Shown here one piece after another: positions 11,276-24,035 of a stretch of 64,000 nucleotides of DNA. The stretch spans positions 42,782,001 through 42,846,000 of the forward strand of contig NC_087437.1 in assembly GCF_036321535.1 (NCBI RefSeq), written 5' to 3'. Each line of letters opens with the position of its first letter. Position 1 is the stretch's first letter. The notes beneath the pieces are model-generated. The model had not been told where the DNA came from. It searched no databases and was given only the letters and a program-made list of their open reading frames with translations. Origin of the DNA: Camelus dromedarius. Its lineage: Eukaryota. Both the position numbers and the translations under genes were made by a program.

Positions 11276-14200
11276 GTCTGTTTATTATGTTATTATTACT
11301 ATCATTTTTATTATTATTAACTTGAAACATCCTCATTATGCATAGAATCTCTGGTATAGGTACAAGTAAGACGAGTAACAGAGTCAAACAGTTATAACCC
11401 CCATTCTTCCCAGAAAATGCTTACAGGAAATTAGATGTTTTTGTTCTCTTCTGAGTTTAGCAAATTTTGTGGTACTTAAAACATGAGGGAATTCTGGAGC
11501 AGGGCATCGCAATGACTCATGCTGTCCTTCTGGTTTCTTGAAATTCACATTTGGAAACATTTAGCAGAAATATTTTGGTGCTCTGAACTGGTGATGGTGT
11601 ATAGAGGACCCTAATTGTCACTGACACATTTCGCAAAAGATTTTTCCCTCTGGATTCTGTTTCCTACTTCTCTAACTTCCAAGAAATATTTTTGATAATT
11701 AAGGAAGACCTGTAATTTCATGTATTGCTCCTTTTACTTTACAAATTAAGACATACTCCATATTCATGGCTACAATTTTTTTCAGACATTGCATAATATA
11801 ATTATGCTATTAATCTTTTTATTTCCAAACTTCATATATTTACTTATTTTAGTCTTTCCTTATACATCAGTGCCTTTGTCTGTTTTAAGTGTTTTTACTT
11901 TTACTTGAATACAATCCAGATTTTTTATATAAAATTTCTGATGCACTTATCCAGACATACCCAAACATAGTCATGTACGTGTGTGTATGCATTTATATTA
12001 ATATATAGCAAATACTAATATACATGCACTCATTTTAACAAAATTTCTGTAATCAACATAAGGCTTTTCATGTTACATTCATATGATCTAGACTCTGAAA
12101 TAGAATAGACAGTTTTGTAACTTGTTTCTCCCCTTTAATATCTATGTAGTTTTAAATATACAGATACTGATAGCTCATTTTTTTTTCTGTTGTGGGAATT
12201 GTCATATTTATAACTTCAATAGATCATCATGGCAATTTGATCAGGCACCTCGCCCTGATTGAATTCTGCCTGGACAAGGATTAAGTAGCAATTTGACACA
12301 CGTTTGTTTTCCTTTGGTGAATATAAATCTCCCATTCTTGGAATGGAGAATGGGTATCTTTTTTTTTTTTTAACTTATTTTTAAGCATTTGTTTGCAAAA
12401 TCTTCGGAGTAATTTCCATTCCTAAAATCTCTGTTACTGGTTTTGTATTGATGAGTTTTCTTGGTATAGTGGAAAATAAAATTGCATAGAAGCAATGATG
12501 ATCAGCTTTCCTTTTTTTATATAATAAATATACTTTAGTCTGATTGTCCCGTGTTGGATGAGACCCAGTGAACACTCTGCTCCACAGCTAATTTACTCTT
12601 CTGGGTTAGCTAATTATGGATGGGGTTTGAAATATTACATAGCATTGCCAAACAAATTGGACAAAAGTAAATCATATATGGAATTCCTGATTAGGTTAAC
12701 TTGAAACAACACAGAAGGACTTTTCCAAGCTTTTGGAATTGCCTGCTTCTTCAATGATGCTCCTTTAACACTGAAAATAACCTATGACCCCTAAACTCTT
12801 GATCTGGACAATTAGGGTCACCTTCTTGGGGTCAGCAAGTTAGATATTCCTTATAGCACAAACGTACCCAAAAATACAAAACAAACAAAAAACAAAATTA
12901 AAAAAGGATACCTCTGTCACTTGAGATCTGGCACTCGGCACTGTACAACATGGCCTACAGTCCTAAACATCTATTCTTGTGGCCAACTCTATTCAGGCCC
13001 CAGGGAATGTCTCCATGTCTGTAGTCTTTTGTCCTAGAAATCATAGGAGACAGCCTCCAAGTGTGGTGAAGGTTTGAGGATTATGCCTTCATGAACATCG
13101 AAAATTGACACTTTTATAGTACAGGAAGAATTTGAGAGGCAGAAGTGCTTCATTGGCAGAAAAGACACATCAATTAACTTGTCAAATGCATCTTCCAGAT
13201 AGCATGACTGCAATAGATTTTGCAGTATAATGAGGTATTGTTTCTCAGTAGTATTGAGAGTCTTTTATTTCGCTTATTTTCCTGTTCTAATTCATGGTTC
13301 TGGATGTACTAATGAAATAGTATGAAATTTACAACAGTTGCATATGACTGAGGAATTTTTATGACAAAAAAATCATTGATATTTTCTTTGAAGCTCACAA
13401 ATATGTAAATTTAGAGGCAATTTAGGTGAAGTATGACACTAGATTTTTACATTGGTGACAAGATAGACATTGAATGCAATAATTGAAATAATTTGAAAAT
13501 AATTACATTAATTTATTCAAGTCATTTTATCAATAGAACACAAATTCTGTTAAATTACGATCACAAAGGTCAAAATCAGTATTTCTGTTGAAGTGAAATC
13601 AAGGAAAATATAATTTATATAATAAATAAGTTAATGCATATCTGTAAGTTATTATACATCTAAACAGCTATGGAGTAGTAATAGTCATCTTTTGATTATT
13701 TTTTCAACTTCAGTTATATAAAAACCGTAGCTGTATATGTATTTTTCAGGTTGTTATATAAAGATGTATTTGTGAAGGCAGGAGAATAAAAATAATATAC
13801 CCAATAATTTATTAGCTTGATATATAGTTTTATATTATTATTTAGTGGTTAAATATTTAGTATAAAATTTTAAATATTTAATTATGATGTATGAATCTCA
13901 TTTGGCCTTTGATCCTATAAATGTTAGGGATAGAATGACCCTTAGTCCGAAAATAATTGAGTGTAGGCCAGTTATTATATATTAAAAATTATAATTGATT
14001 TCTGTAGGTATTGTAATAGCATTATGCAATTAAATGTCTATATTTTGTAGATATATTTACAGAATTACTTAATGGTTGAAACATATAATGTCAGAAATTT
14101 GCTTTAAAATATGACCCAAAATCATTGTAATTTTCCTTGTTTTTTTTTATCTTTATGGAATTCTGTTTGAAAAGAAAAGGAGTAGGCGTATGCTCCATTT

Positions 14201-14344
14201 GTAGAGTTTGGCAAAAAAAAAAAAAACCAACTCTATTGCATTTGCTCAAGAATTTTATTTCCATCTTTACCTCCAAATATATTTTGAATGTCTTGAAAAA
14301 ACTCCCGGTAGCCTTAGAGAACAGGCGTTAAAACTGTATGTTTT

Positions 14345-14545
14345 AAAATGAGCCTGACATGGGTTTCAAGTCTACATTTTTACAAGCTTCTTGATTTGTA
14401 GGTAAGTTGTTTATCCATCCTAAGTCTCAATTTCCTCATTTGAGAAATGTCAGTAATACTACTTATACTGATCTCATACATAGCATCATAGTAAGAATTA
14501 AACAAAATAATGTATTTTGCTTACTACAGTGCTTATACAGAACAA
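14345..14545 (+). mobile_element. MIR SINE
   Basis: MIR core GTCTCAATTTCCTCATTTGAGAAATG...GTAAGAATTAAACAAAATAATG. Confidence 0.75.
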
Positions 14546-17409
14546 GCATGCAAGATGATAGACAGCATTAGTCAGCACTAGTTTGGGGGTATGAAAAGAC
14601 TACATATGAAAATGGTTATTTTTCTTCATTTATGGAAATAGATTATTGGTAATGTTTATAAAGCATTGATTTTTTTTTTCCCCAGGCACTCAGTTAATTG
14701 TAGCTTTAGTTAAAAGTGCATCATTCTTTCTTTTTAGCATAAGTTTCTGAAAGGAAAGTGAGTGTTTCTAGTTTGGACGTGGTGAAGCTCAGAAATACTG
14801 GAGTTGTCAAATTGGGTTTGTGGTTGAGTAGACATCATTGTCTGGTTGAACTGGGGTGGTTGGTAGTGGGAGAAGAAGGCTGAGGTTGGATGGGAAGAGA
14901 AGGAAAGAGAGATGAATAAGAGAAGGAATTAAAGAACTAAAGAAAGAAATACTGGTGCCTGTCACTTAAAAATGGCAGACAATACACTATTAAAATAACA
15001 GATGTCTTCAAACTACATAATGTGAGTCATTTTTAGTATTAGAGATAGGACTATATACAAAAGAAATATATATATATGTATATATTTACATATATGAAAG
15101 CGGAAATTCAGAGAAAATAAGAAAACAGATGTAAAAATTAACAGCCATATCTTTGCTGCTCATCACCTGGAATCAAGGTGGCTGGGAATTTCCCGCAAGT
15201 ACCACTTAGAGCCAGAGATTGTAGATTTCTGTATATATTCAACAAGTCAACTGATTAACATACTAATTGATAAGTCAGTAGCTTATATGACTTCTGTCAT
15301 ATGACATAATATTAACTGAACAAAAACCTGCTCCACATACTCTTAGAAAAATTACACATGGGGTTAAGCTCCTTGTTTTGGATGTCCACTAAGTGACAGT
15401 CCTAGACTTCCTACATGTAACACCGCTTCTCAGTTACTGTTAGGGGCTCCCGAGCTCTGGGATGACTAGAATGATATTCAGATAGCTTCTAGGTAGTATA
15501 ATTTTAATATCATGTGGGCCATGTCCTCTTGGTCTTTCTGACCTAAAATCTTGGAGTAATTTTCAGCACCATTTTCTCAACCTTACATACCAATACGTAT
15601 AAGATCCTTGCATGACATCCATTTCTTCTCTGCAGTTACTCAGGAAAACAGTAACTTCTTTATTCTCATGCTCACAGTCTTCTCCAGTTCTGAATTCCAT
15701 TTCAAATAGGAGAAGCAGGAAATGCTACCAAGACAAGAAAGCAAACTAGTGTATGTTACTCCGCAGACCAGATGCCTGTGAAAGAGGATGAATTCTGTTG
15801 CAAGAGTCTGCTGTATATTCTCTGAGGGTGAGGGTACCAGAGACAGAGTTGAAATCTTGTTTGAAGCTAAGCATCTACAGCAGGTTTGCAAATTCAGAAG
15901 TAGGAGAGGATGAGTCCTAGGTAAGTAATAAGTAGCTCTTCCCTCTGGGAACAGGAGCTGCCAAGAGACAATTCCCATACTATTTATAGGGAGAAATAAG
16001 TCAGGGGACCTAGAGAATTACTCCTGAGGCCCATTTGAGCATGATGGCATCTGTCCCAGTGATCTATATGATCTATAGCTTGTGTGCTATGATGTATTTT
16101 TGCTTTGGAAGACCATTGGCTGTGTGTATTGCAAGTGCAAAATGCATCTCCATGCTGGAGGAAAAGGGGAAAGGAAACCTTTGTGAATGCTCTTTTTTTG
16201 AAAGGGTGACTTGTGCTTAGGCAGGTTGGAAGAAGGAAGCCAGATAGGCATGGGAACAGAGAAAATCAATGACAGGAGGTTTGTGAATAGAAGCTTGTAA
16301 CTCCAAGTAAAAAGTGAAAAAGGAAACAGTAACAACGATAAACTGCACACACAGAAAACCTACCCACGATGGAATTTTCAGTCCAGTTAAGAGGATTTTC
16401 TTGTTGATGTGTGTGGGGACTGCTTGAAGAAACCGTATCCTCTTCTCATCGATACACAGGAGAATCATGGGCTCCACCAAATGGGAAAAATATTGCTAAT
16501 AACCTGGGAGGAAAAGACTTAACATGACAGCCATCCCGGGATGGGTTAAGAGGCAGCTGCCGGTGGGCTTGCCATGGCTGTGAAGTCGGCTTTTCATTCC
16601 ATGTCTAGCACAGGGAAAACCAGAAAAAGTGGGGCACAGTTGCTTCCTTCTTGGCATCAGTTCTCAAAACTGCCCACCCCCCATGGCAGACACATAAAAA
16701 TTCTAATCAGATCCTTCCAGAATTCTAGCTCGCAAATTTCTCCAGTTTCACCTTCCTTTCATAGTCTTTAAAATTTTTCATTCATCAGATAATATTTCGT
16801 CAATTCTTGATTCATCAGTTCCTGACCCACTTAGATGAAGAGATTGATCCCCACCATTTAACTTTATTATGTTTGGATTAAGTCACCCTGCTTCAGATGG
16901 TAGACTGTGTACTCATATGAGGGGATGCTTCCGGTAACTGCTTCTTGATTCCCTGGCTGCCAGAAGGGACACAAGGTCCTGAAATTTGGACAGAGTCCTG
17001 TTCCCTAGGACATTGCTGGTGGGACCTATAGTTCCATTCAGCTTGCTGTCATCTGACTTCAAGGTGATAGAAGTAAAAACAAAAACCTACTGTAAGTAAG
17101 TGCGATTACAGAGGTGCAAGCTAAGGGGTGTGGGAACCCAGTGGGTGGAGCAGACGACTGTAGCTTTATTGCCTCTGAAAAATATCTCACCATTTCCAGT
17201 GGGTAAGATGAGGAAAAAGTGGGTAAGAAGTTAGGTACTTTTCTCATCTAGTTGGACAGCTATCCCCAGAGTAACTAATCTTGTTGATCAATGAAGTGAA
17301 TGATGGAGAGAATTCCTGAATCACAGCACTTAATACCAAGCAGACGAAAACAAAAACAAGTGGTGACAATGACAAGGACTAACACTTAGGACAATGACAG
17401 CAGGGGCAG

Positions 17410-17600
17410 CTACCACTTAACCTGAGAGTTGAACTGTACTGGGGCTTTGCAAAGATTATCACAGTTAATTCTCTCAAGACTCTGTGAGTTAGGCCGTTAT
17501 TCTTATGTAATAGATTCAGGAAGGGAAGGGAACTTGCCCAGATTTGCACAGCTAGTACAAAATAGCCAAGATTTCACCCCAAGTAGGTTCACTTGGGGGG
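17410..17600 (-). mobile_element. MIR SINE
   Basis: Antisense core GAACTTGCCCAGATTTGCACAGCTAGTA. Confidence 0.7.
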
Positions 17601-17849
17601 CCCCTTTATTTGTGTTAACTCATTTTATTCTCACAGCAATACAGTGAGCTAGATTTTGTCCTCATCTCCCTTTTACAAATAAAATATTTTTAGGCAGAAA
17701 AATAGGTTGCTCTAGCTCCATACTTTGGCTCACTACTAGAACACACAGTTCATTCTTATATACAGGTAAACTCTTGGTCCAATCTAATAGTAAAAGCTTG
17801 GTTGGAATAGAAACTAAGGCTTGAAAAAACACATATGATTTATTATTTT

Positions 17850-18045
17850 GTGGATCAGAAAAGAGAAGACCTGGGTTATAGTTCTATTTTATCATTTATT
17901 AGCTATATGCCCTTGGGCAAGTATGTTAAACTCTCTGTACTTCAGTTTCATTATCTATAAAGTATGGAAAATAATACCAGCCTCCATACCTCATAAAGCT
18001 TTGGAGGGAGAAAATGAGCCAATGTATGTGAAATTGATTTGAAAG
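17850..18045 (+). mobile_element. MIR SINE
   Basis: CCTTGGGCAAGTATGTTAAACTCTCTGTACTTCAGTTTCATTATCTATAAAG. Confidence 0.85.
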
Positions 18046-19890
18046 TATGAGTATTATGCAAATCTGTGCTTTTTTATTTTATCATTTTGAAAAGGCAACT
18101 GGTAAAAAAAATAGTAATCTGAAAATGGTGCAATAGAAAGTGTTATGTTATGCTTACATGAATTAAAATAATTCAGACACATGATTTTAAAGATCAAGGA
18201 GATAGAAGTTTGCCTTTGCAATGAAAATGAAAATGAAACACATTTAAAAGCCAAAACTAATAAGATAACATTCGGGCCTGAGAATAGCTGTCCCCTTAAA
18301 ATTCCTAGGGCTTTTTACTCCTTCAATTAAAGAAAAGAAAGAAAATGAGTCTTGGTAAACAAGACAACCTGTGGGTAGCCAAAGCACAAAGGAACCCCTC
18401 ATCAGACAAGTACTCAAGTGTATGTTTTAGAGTGTATTCTTTTGACTCTCTGAAGTGAGCATAAATCTATTTATTTATGGAAGTGCAAACCCACTTACCA
18501 ATACTATCATCCAGATATAGTATTTCTAAAAGAGAAACAATTACAGTCAATAAAGTAAAGTTTGTGTCTTCCTCAGGATCAAAGAAAATACAATAAAAGA
18601 GAAGTTAATTGAAAACTAATTTAATTCCAGTAGTAAATTAAAAAAAATACAGTTTGAAGTAAAATTTGAATTCTGATTGTGTGGTTTCTTTTCCTTTTAA
18701 AACCTGGGGGGTCTTTCTCCTAGGTTTAAATAATTATATTCCCAAATTATTGGGGGAAAAAAATCAACTTTTCTTTTTTCATTTGCTTTATTCTTTGTCC
18801 CTACTGCAGAGAATGACCATGGCTTAATTCTTAGAATTTACTGAAGATCATCTTTTGAGTATTTTTGTCTTTAGAGTTTTTTTAAATTAGGTCCTTCACT
18901 CCTATAAAGTAAAGACATTTCCAATATTGGATAGCAAAGAGAAGGTCTGTTGTATTCATAGCTAAAACTAAGGAATCAGAAATCTATGTAAAATTGATTA
19001 CTTGTGTCATCTTTTGAAGCTGTGACCCAAATGGGTCAATCACAGAGTAATTGCTCCTTCAAAAATGTATAGTCTAAATAAGAATGTCATTGTTTCTTCA
19101 TTTCTCTAGAAGAATATCAGGAAGGAGCCATGTTTCACAGAAAAACTTATAAAAATCCTAGGTTGCCTCCTATTCTCTAAAACCCTACGTCTCTAAGTTC
19201 TTACCTCATAGTGCTTTAAAAAGGAATAAGTAAGCTTTAATGAACTGGCTCATTGTAAGCACCTAATAAATATTCACTAGTTGTAATATTAGCTGAGAGG
19301 ATATTCTGCTCATTCATGACTTTCTGTCCCTTCCATTTCTCTCCATCCCCCACCCCTAAACACAGACTTCTCCTCTTGACTCCTCTGCAGCCAGCTTGCC
19401 CTCATCTTCCACCTTCACCATCACAGCTCACGGTTCCTCTTTCACAGCCACTGTATTTCTCTCCACGGTCTACCAGCAGAGTTATAACCTTCCTATGTTT
19501 TGACCTTTCCTTCAATTCTGCAATGCTGAAATCCAAAAAACTGACATGGCAACAGCAGAAACTCCTTTAAAGGGATGGGGAAGACCAAGAACTGAGCAGG
19601 CGAAGCCAGGACCCTTTGGCAGACCCAGAAGTCACATAAGGGTTGATGAAAACTATAATAGAAAAAACATGATTCACCAGGTTGAATGAAGATGAGTTTC
19701 TGTGGCTCTAGTGAGGGTTGAGTTTTCACACTCTGGTATGTGGTCTCTGTAGATAGAAAAGTGACTTTGGATATAGACAGAGGAATAATTATACTCAAAA
19801 TATAATAATATATTTAAACATAATTATACGTAAAATTATACTTATACTCAAAATATTCCAAAACATTATTTTTTGATTTTTCACAAGAGG

Positions 19891-20100
19891 AGCAACAGTA
19901 TGTAATGGTTAAGAGCCCAGACGAGCCAAACTGCCTGGGTGTGAATCCTGCCATTACCATGAACTAGCTGTGCCTAATTTCCCACCTGTAAAATGGATAT
20001 GAGAATAATACCTAGCTCGTGGCATTATTATGAAGATTAAATGAGTTAATATTTGTACAGTTGGAACAGTGTTTGACCCATAGTAAGCACTGTATAATAT
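19891..20100 (+). mobile_element. MIR SINE, near full length
   Basis: GTAATGGTTAAGAGC...CTGGGTGTGAATCCTG...CACCTGTAAAATGG...GATTAAATGAGTTAATA...CATAGTAAGCAC. Confidence 0.88.
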
Positions 20101-20779
20101 TTTCTTAATTAAATAAAAATCAATCACAAATATATTTGTTGTAAACCTTATTATAATATGTTACAGGCTTATTCCAAATTTATTGTTTTAAACCTAATAT
20201 CTCAAATATTGGAAACTTTTAGAAGATTTCTTATATTAAAACTTACTATAATTTATTAGAAGAAACTAGTTCTCTATTTTACCCATGCATATAAAATTAA
20301 ATATTCATGTATGTGAAGTAGATGTATCTCTGCATGTACCTTTAAATGATAGTTTTAGTGAAATAAAGTTATGAACAATTTGTCAAAGTAGACACGCTCC
20401 CGACAGATTTAAGATAAAAGGTTTTGCACGGAAAGGCAGCATTTATAACTTCAGTGTCAATTTGATTATGGATTTGTTTTGATCCGTTCCTTAATGGTTA
20501 AAGTTAAATAGCATTATGAAAGCATGATGACTAAGAATGGACGCTGGGAAAGGAAATTGCTGTGGGATTAAAACTTAATGAAAAGTAGACTTGAACTGGA
20601 TCCTTAATGGTAACTTTCTAAAACACTGTTAATCTGTCAGCATGGGGGTAGGAGTCTTAGTATTTGCATGCACCTTTACAGGATTCAGGCTCTATATTTT
20701 CCACTAAGAAAAAAGACTTCCATTAAACAAATCAGAGAAATTGCTGTGACTTCAACAAAAAATATTATTGAGCACATGG

Positions 20780-21950
20780 AAAATTTCTAAGTCCTATAAG
20801 AAAAATTACACACTGTCCCCTTCCTTGTTAGGGAGATAAGGCATAAACGTGAGCTAAGCAATTCAGGAAAGGTTAACCTGACGTCTTAAAATAGGAGTCC
20901 TAACTGACAAATAAAGACTGATACAAGAAAATGAAAAGTACCTGGAGGTGAAGAAAGGAGGGCTAACTGATGTGGCTGAAGTGGTGTGAAATTCAACCCT
21001 TACAGAGAAAGTGGAATTCAGCAGGTTCTTGAAAGATGGAAACAATTTGAGTTTTCAGAGAAGAAAATTCATGGAGAATAAAATGGGGCAAGTTCTGCTT
21101 AAGTAACTACTTTGGTTAAATAAGTAGAAAGACTAGAAAGAAGTCTTCTAGATCTTTTTCAACCAAAGAAAGTGTCCAGGTACACTGAGTTGAGCTGAGG
21201 TTTCTCATGGTTGAGCTCTGGAAGTACTGGTATGATCTGTGACGTTGAAGCATGGAATCAAGGGGCATCTGCAAAAACAACACCAAGGACAAAAACAAAT
21301 GGAAATCAAAGTAGGCAGCCCAGACAACTGTATGTGAAGTACAGGGACTGCCTATAAGGAGAACAGGATGAAAGGAACACATTTAGGTGTGCACATAATA
21401 AATAGATGTTGGGGAATTCTCCAGAAGTGCTCCTCTGTGGAGTCAGAGATGCCTGAACAGAGACCTGTGGCCTCATCCATGGTTGGTGATAGAGCTGTGA
21501 AGGATACCATGCAGGTTCCGACACAAGTTGGAATGCTAGTTCGGGATCGAAAAATGATCAGAAATCATGAATTTTGGGATAGGCATAAATTTTATTCTGG
21601 AGGCAATAATGACCTCCTGGAGGTTTGGGTAGAACTAACTGATGTGAGGAAATAATCAGTTTAAGAGGACCACTTAGGAGGTTATTCGTGTATCCCATGG
21701 TAAGTGGTGATAGGCTATGAACCAGAAAATTAGAAATGGGAATGGAAAGAATGCATGCAAGATAAGAATGAACACAATTGAGAAAGAAAGATTGTTAAGA
21801 TTCAATGATTGTTTGGCTTCCAAGAGTGAGATCAAGAAAAAGAAATGAGTCACACATAATCCTCAGGATTTGAGACTAGGTAACCAGGGGGATCTTTTGG
21901 GGCTGCTGCTGATGGAGAGGGAAGGTGAAGATTACATGGCTTTCAGTTGA
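20780..21950 (-). mobile_element. L2 LINE fragments
   Basis: Purine-rich antisense L2 pattern, e.g. TTAGGAGGTTATT...GGTAAGTGGTGATAGG and GAGTCACACATAATCCTCAGGATTTGAGACTAGGTAAC. Confidence 0.55.
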
Positions 21951-22428
21951 CTGGTGTTGAAAATAAACTCTAAGATAAAATTATTTACTGAATTTAATTA
22001 ATGAGGAATTCATAGCTAACTCTGTTTCTTAGGCTTTGCTGTTTTAAAAAGGTAAAAGTTCCATATCAATAACTTGATTCTGAGTTCATTTTGATTAGCC
22101 TCTGGGTCTCATGGTATTTTTCTTGCAAGCTGACAGACAGTATTTGGTATTTGACTTAGTGTTAATGAGTTAAGCTTGACTCTAAGGGTCTTGATTTGGT
22201 TTTTTGGGGATAGATTTATTTTAGTTTTGGTCATCTTAGAGCTAGTTTCGAGGATGAAAATGATCTCATTGAAGCCAAAGTTCACTCTACCACTGAAATT
22301 TCTTTAAATTACAGACCAGTCAAGTGAACGTGTTACAGAGTTAGAAGAGACACTAGGAAAGGACACAGCAAGGCAGTGGCCAATGAGGTGGGAGATAGGA
22401 GAAGAACAAATGTAATAAGATTGGAGAA

Positions 22429-22598
22429 CAGTGTCTCTGAAACTTTGATGTGTGTATGAGTCACCTGAGGAGGGATTTTGTTAAAAGGCGGGCTTTGATT
22501 CAGTAGTTCTAAGGCGAGAGCCAACGCTTTGCATTTCTAACATGCTCCTAGAAGATGCTGACGTTACTGATCCCTGGACCACATTTTGAGCAGCAAGA
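22429..22598. mobile_element. MER5A1/MER5B hAT-Charlie MITE
   Basis: CAGTGTCTCTGAAACTTTG...TGATTCAGTAG...TGCATTTCTAACATGCTCC...GGACCACATTTTGAGCAGCAAG. Confidence 0.85.
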
Positions 22599-22640
22599 CA
22601 CTAGAAATCGAAAAAGAATTTTTAAACAAAAGAAGGTTTC

Positions 22641-23725
22641 TGTGCTGCATGCTTTCGGTTTGCCTTTTCAGATCCACTCTCCACCCTTCTCCACCCGGCC
22701 CTGTGCCCCAGGAGGCAGACCTTTATAGAGTGTAACCCTGGACTTCTTTGCCTTGGTTTCCTGTTGGTTTGGGTTAGTAAGAGGAATTGGCTAAAACCGG
22801 AAGGAAGGATGTGAGTGAGATCTCGGTATGTACAATTAGTTTTGCAGGACATTTGAGGTACTAAAATCACCACACTGTGTAAAATCATGCAATTAAAAAC
22901 CATAGGGTTATGGGAAAATGGGATTGAGACAGAGCATCAAAATCTTTGTGAATCACACACTCACACATACCCACACAGAAAGATGAGAACCTAATAAAAA
23001 CTGTAGCACAGTTTTACACCTGTTAAATGATTAAAAATACACATACGTATTACAATAAATACGGCACCTTGCCTTGGAAAGGACCTGCAGTTTGATTGTA
23101 GAAGGGGGCACTGGAAAAGATGCAAAATTTGTTGACATAAAGTGGCGGAAGGTGGATTATCTGAAATGGGAAGGAAAGTTGTAACACTAGCTGTGAATGG
23201 ACGTGGCTTAGAACACATATGGTGAACTGAGGTAGCTGGTAGATATTTGAAGGGTGTGCTGTGTGCTTTTGTGTACTCTTATTCAGCATGGTTCACCTGT
23301 GCAGTTTTCTCTTTTTACTTCTCACAGATGAAAGTGTGCATAAGCGCACATCAGATTCAGTTATGCTCAAATTGTTCCCTAATATGTCAATCACATTGGA
23401 ACAAATTTGCGTTTTCAAAATAAGAGTTTTGCTGCAAGTTGCTGCAGATCGCCTGTAGTTCTGTTTAGAGATGTGGCTCTTGTAGGCATCCTGTTACAGC
23501 TACAGACATTCCTTCTGGGTTCTGGTAGCCACCATTCACCTTCCCACTGCTGAGAAAGGGTGGTAACAGCTCCTTGTTATTTCTAACCCTGGGTGATTTC
23601 ACCACTGACTGTTAGTTTTACTTAACCTTGCTCCAGTCTTTGTAAATAGCCCCTTCAATGCCTGCCCATCAATTACCTATGCTGTGTGAGTTTGCCGTAC
23701 GTGTCCTTCCGGTCCTGGACAATGT
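22641..23725 (+). mobile_element. LTR33 (ERVL) solo LTR split by Tigger8
   Basis: CAGATCCACTCTCCACCCTTCTCCACCCGGCCCTGTGCCCCAGGAGG (5' part) and GGGTGGTAACAGCTCC...TTTGTAAATAGCCCCTTCA (3' part). Confidence 0.8.
22833..23455 (-). mobile_element. Tigger8 (TcMar-Tigger)
   Basis: TA on both flanks (22831-32, 23456-57), degenerate CA.../...CTG termini, internal GTTATGCTCAAATTGTTCCCTAATATGTCAATCACATTGGAACAAATTTGCGTTTTCAAAA. Confidence 0.82.
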
Positions 23726-23824
23726 TCAAGTGTGATTAGTGATGTGAAGAGGTAAAGCGGATGAAGGGTTTGTGGAGGACTTTGGATTTAACTTTTATTG
23801 GGGTCCACCATCAGATATTTTAAT

Positions 23825-24035
23825 GAAGTGGTTCTGCACACAGCAGCCAGAGACATACTCTAAAATATGTCAGATCAAGTCATTTCCTTTCTCAAAACCT
23901 TACGATGGTTTTCCTATGCTCTTAAGAGTAAAAACCATGGTCCTTTCAATGGCTTGTAAGACCCCGTGTGGCCTGGTTTCCTGCTACATCTCCGAATTCA
24001 TTACTCTCCAGTATCGAGTCTCCGTTTTGCTCTCT
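23825..24035 (+). mobile_element. L2 fragment
   Basis: CACACAGCAGCCAGAG...TCAGATCAAGTCA...CTCAAAACCTT. Confidence 0.8.

Noticed and set aside
12331..12354. Hairpin CCCATTCT...AGAATGGG
   Set aside because: An 8-bp stem is expected by chance and is too short for a pre-miRNA.
15767..15920. Possible plus-strand exon (CCGCAG| ... TAG|GTAAGT)
   Set aside because: Weak pyrimidine tract, stops in all frames, no supporting context.
16787..16828. Minus-strand peptide GSGTDESRIDEILS resembling the annexin GxGTDE motif
   Set aside because: The frame is closed by stops on both sides (about 33 codons), the flanks have no annexin similarity, and there are no matching splice sites. Treated as chance; TBLASTN with annexins would settle it.
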